Notes under the pieces: generated by a model
Told to the model about the DNA's origin: nothing
What the model saw: only the letters and a program-made list of their open reading frames with translations
Database searches by the model: none
Part shown: positions 63,576 through 64,000 of the stretch, one piece after another
Numbering within the stretch: position 1 is the first letter of the stretch
How the letters are laid out: each line of letters starts with the position of its first letter
Made by a program: the position numbers and the translations under genes
Source: an uncultured Prevotellaceae bacterium
Lineage (GTDB): Bacteria > Bacteroidota > Bacteroidia > Bacteroidales > Bacteroidaceae
Direction: 5' to 3'
Assembly (NCBI GenBank): GCA_946415645.1
Contig: CAMKTJ010000011.1
Span: forward strand, 2,627-66,626
DNA: 64,000 nucleotides

Positions 63576-64000
63576 TTACTTGTCACCCAGAATCTGGGCG
63601 GCATGTTCTTTGGTATTAACTTGCTTGCCTGCAAATATCTGCTCTATGATACCTTCTTCGTTAATGATGAAGGTTGTGCGGATGGTGCCCATCGTCTTCT
63701 TGCCATACATCACTTTCTCGCCCCAGGCGCCCATAGCCTCCAACAGGGTTTTATCCACATCGGCAATCAGGGGGAAGGGCAAAGCGTGCTTCTCCTTGAA
63801 CTTGACGTGGGATGCTGCAGAGTCCTTACTGACACCCACTACCTCGTAGCCAGCACCCTGAAGCTCGCCATAACGGTCACGAAGGCTACAAGCCTCTGCC
63901 GTGCAGCCGCTGGTATTGTCCTTAGGATAGAAATACAACACAAGTTTCCTGCCCTTATAGTCACTCAGACGGATATCCCGTCCCTGTTCGTCCTTGCCCA
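63576..64000 (-). CDS. bcp: thiol peroxidase Bcp (peroxiredoxin); 5' end outside the window
   Basis: YFYPKDNTSGCT active-site motif. The frame stays open to nt 64000 (..GKDEQGRDIRLSDYKGRKLVLYFYPKD). The ORF-track start at 63941 is an internal GTG. Confidence 0.9.
   Translation of the reverse strand, partial: GKDEQGRDIRLSDYKGRKLVLYFYPKDNTSGCTAEACSLRDRYGELQGAGYEVVGVSKDSAASHVKFKEKHALPFPLIADVDKTLLEAMGAWGEKVMYGKKTMGTIRTTFIINEEGIIEQIFAGKQVNTKEHAAQILGDK

Noticed and set aside
1-64000. tRNA, rRNA, tmRNA, RNase P or riboswitch genes in the larger spacers (4830-5066, 11384-11745, 32215-32406, 41833-41998, 57028-57644, 58611-58864).
   Set aside because: I saw no T-loop or anticodon-arm-like patterns (for example GGTTCGAATCC-type) and no recognisable riboswitch cores. 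Visual scanning is not exhaustive, so tRNAscan-SE or Infernal should be run to confirm.

Overview
This 64-kb window reads like a Bacteroidales chromosome, probably Prevotella/Segatella-like. That taxonomic call is inference. It rests on T9SS-type C-terminal sorting tails on four large secreted proteins, a fused secDF, TAnnTTTG -7 boxes 20-60 nt upstream of many starts, and almost no Shine-Dalgarno sequences. I call 47 protein-coding genes, two of which run off the window ends. By eye I found no rRNA, tRNA, CRISPR array or clear mobile element. Layout: (1) 1-2.4 kb: LRR surface protein. (2) 2.5-11.4 kb: accessory-looking block with a secreted protein, ECF sigma and putative anti-sigma in one operon, secreted proteins sharing a signal peptide and 5' leader, two translationally coupled thioredoxin-fold proteins, and an orphan AAA+ ATPase. 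(3) 11.7-17.5 kb: three-gene envelope operon (polytopic membrane protein, PD40 propeller lipoprotein with a CxxCH motif, fasciclin lipoprotein). (4) 17.7-26.9 kb: glycan-degrading cluster (GH115-like/GLUG giant, SGNH-LamG esterase, GH33 sialidase). (5) 27-39.4 kb: housekeeping genes (secDF, EEP nuclease, rhomboid, HU, YifB/ComM, xerD, aroQ, O-methyltransferase). (6) 39.5-46.3 kb: GH5, AraC, GH2, luxS. (7) 46.4-57 kb: PHP phosphatase, RluA fusion, WbqC, lepB, dapB, DUF2851, thioesterase, dprA, GH29 fucosidase, acyltransferase. (8) 57.6-64 kb: BASS transporter, DUF2975-DUF2975-HTH-TlpA cassette, Dcp peptidase, Bcp. The most unusual signals are not genes. First, a family of 7-nt-period tandem repeats with several unit sequences sits at gene boundaries, often as inverted pairs, and supplies the stop codons and C-terminal tails of several ORFs. 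Second, CTCCCC..GGGGAG mini-hairpins recur in spacers. Third, a 4 x 21-bp dyad-repeat array sits inside a ~180-bp quasi-palindrome at 11.5-11.7 kb. The candidate uncharacterised systems are the DUF2975 x2/HTH/TlpA cassette, the membrane/PD40-CxxCH/fasciclin operon, and the ECF-linked secreted-protein block. All family names come from motif recognition by eye; no searches were run.
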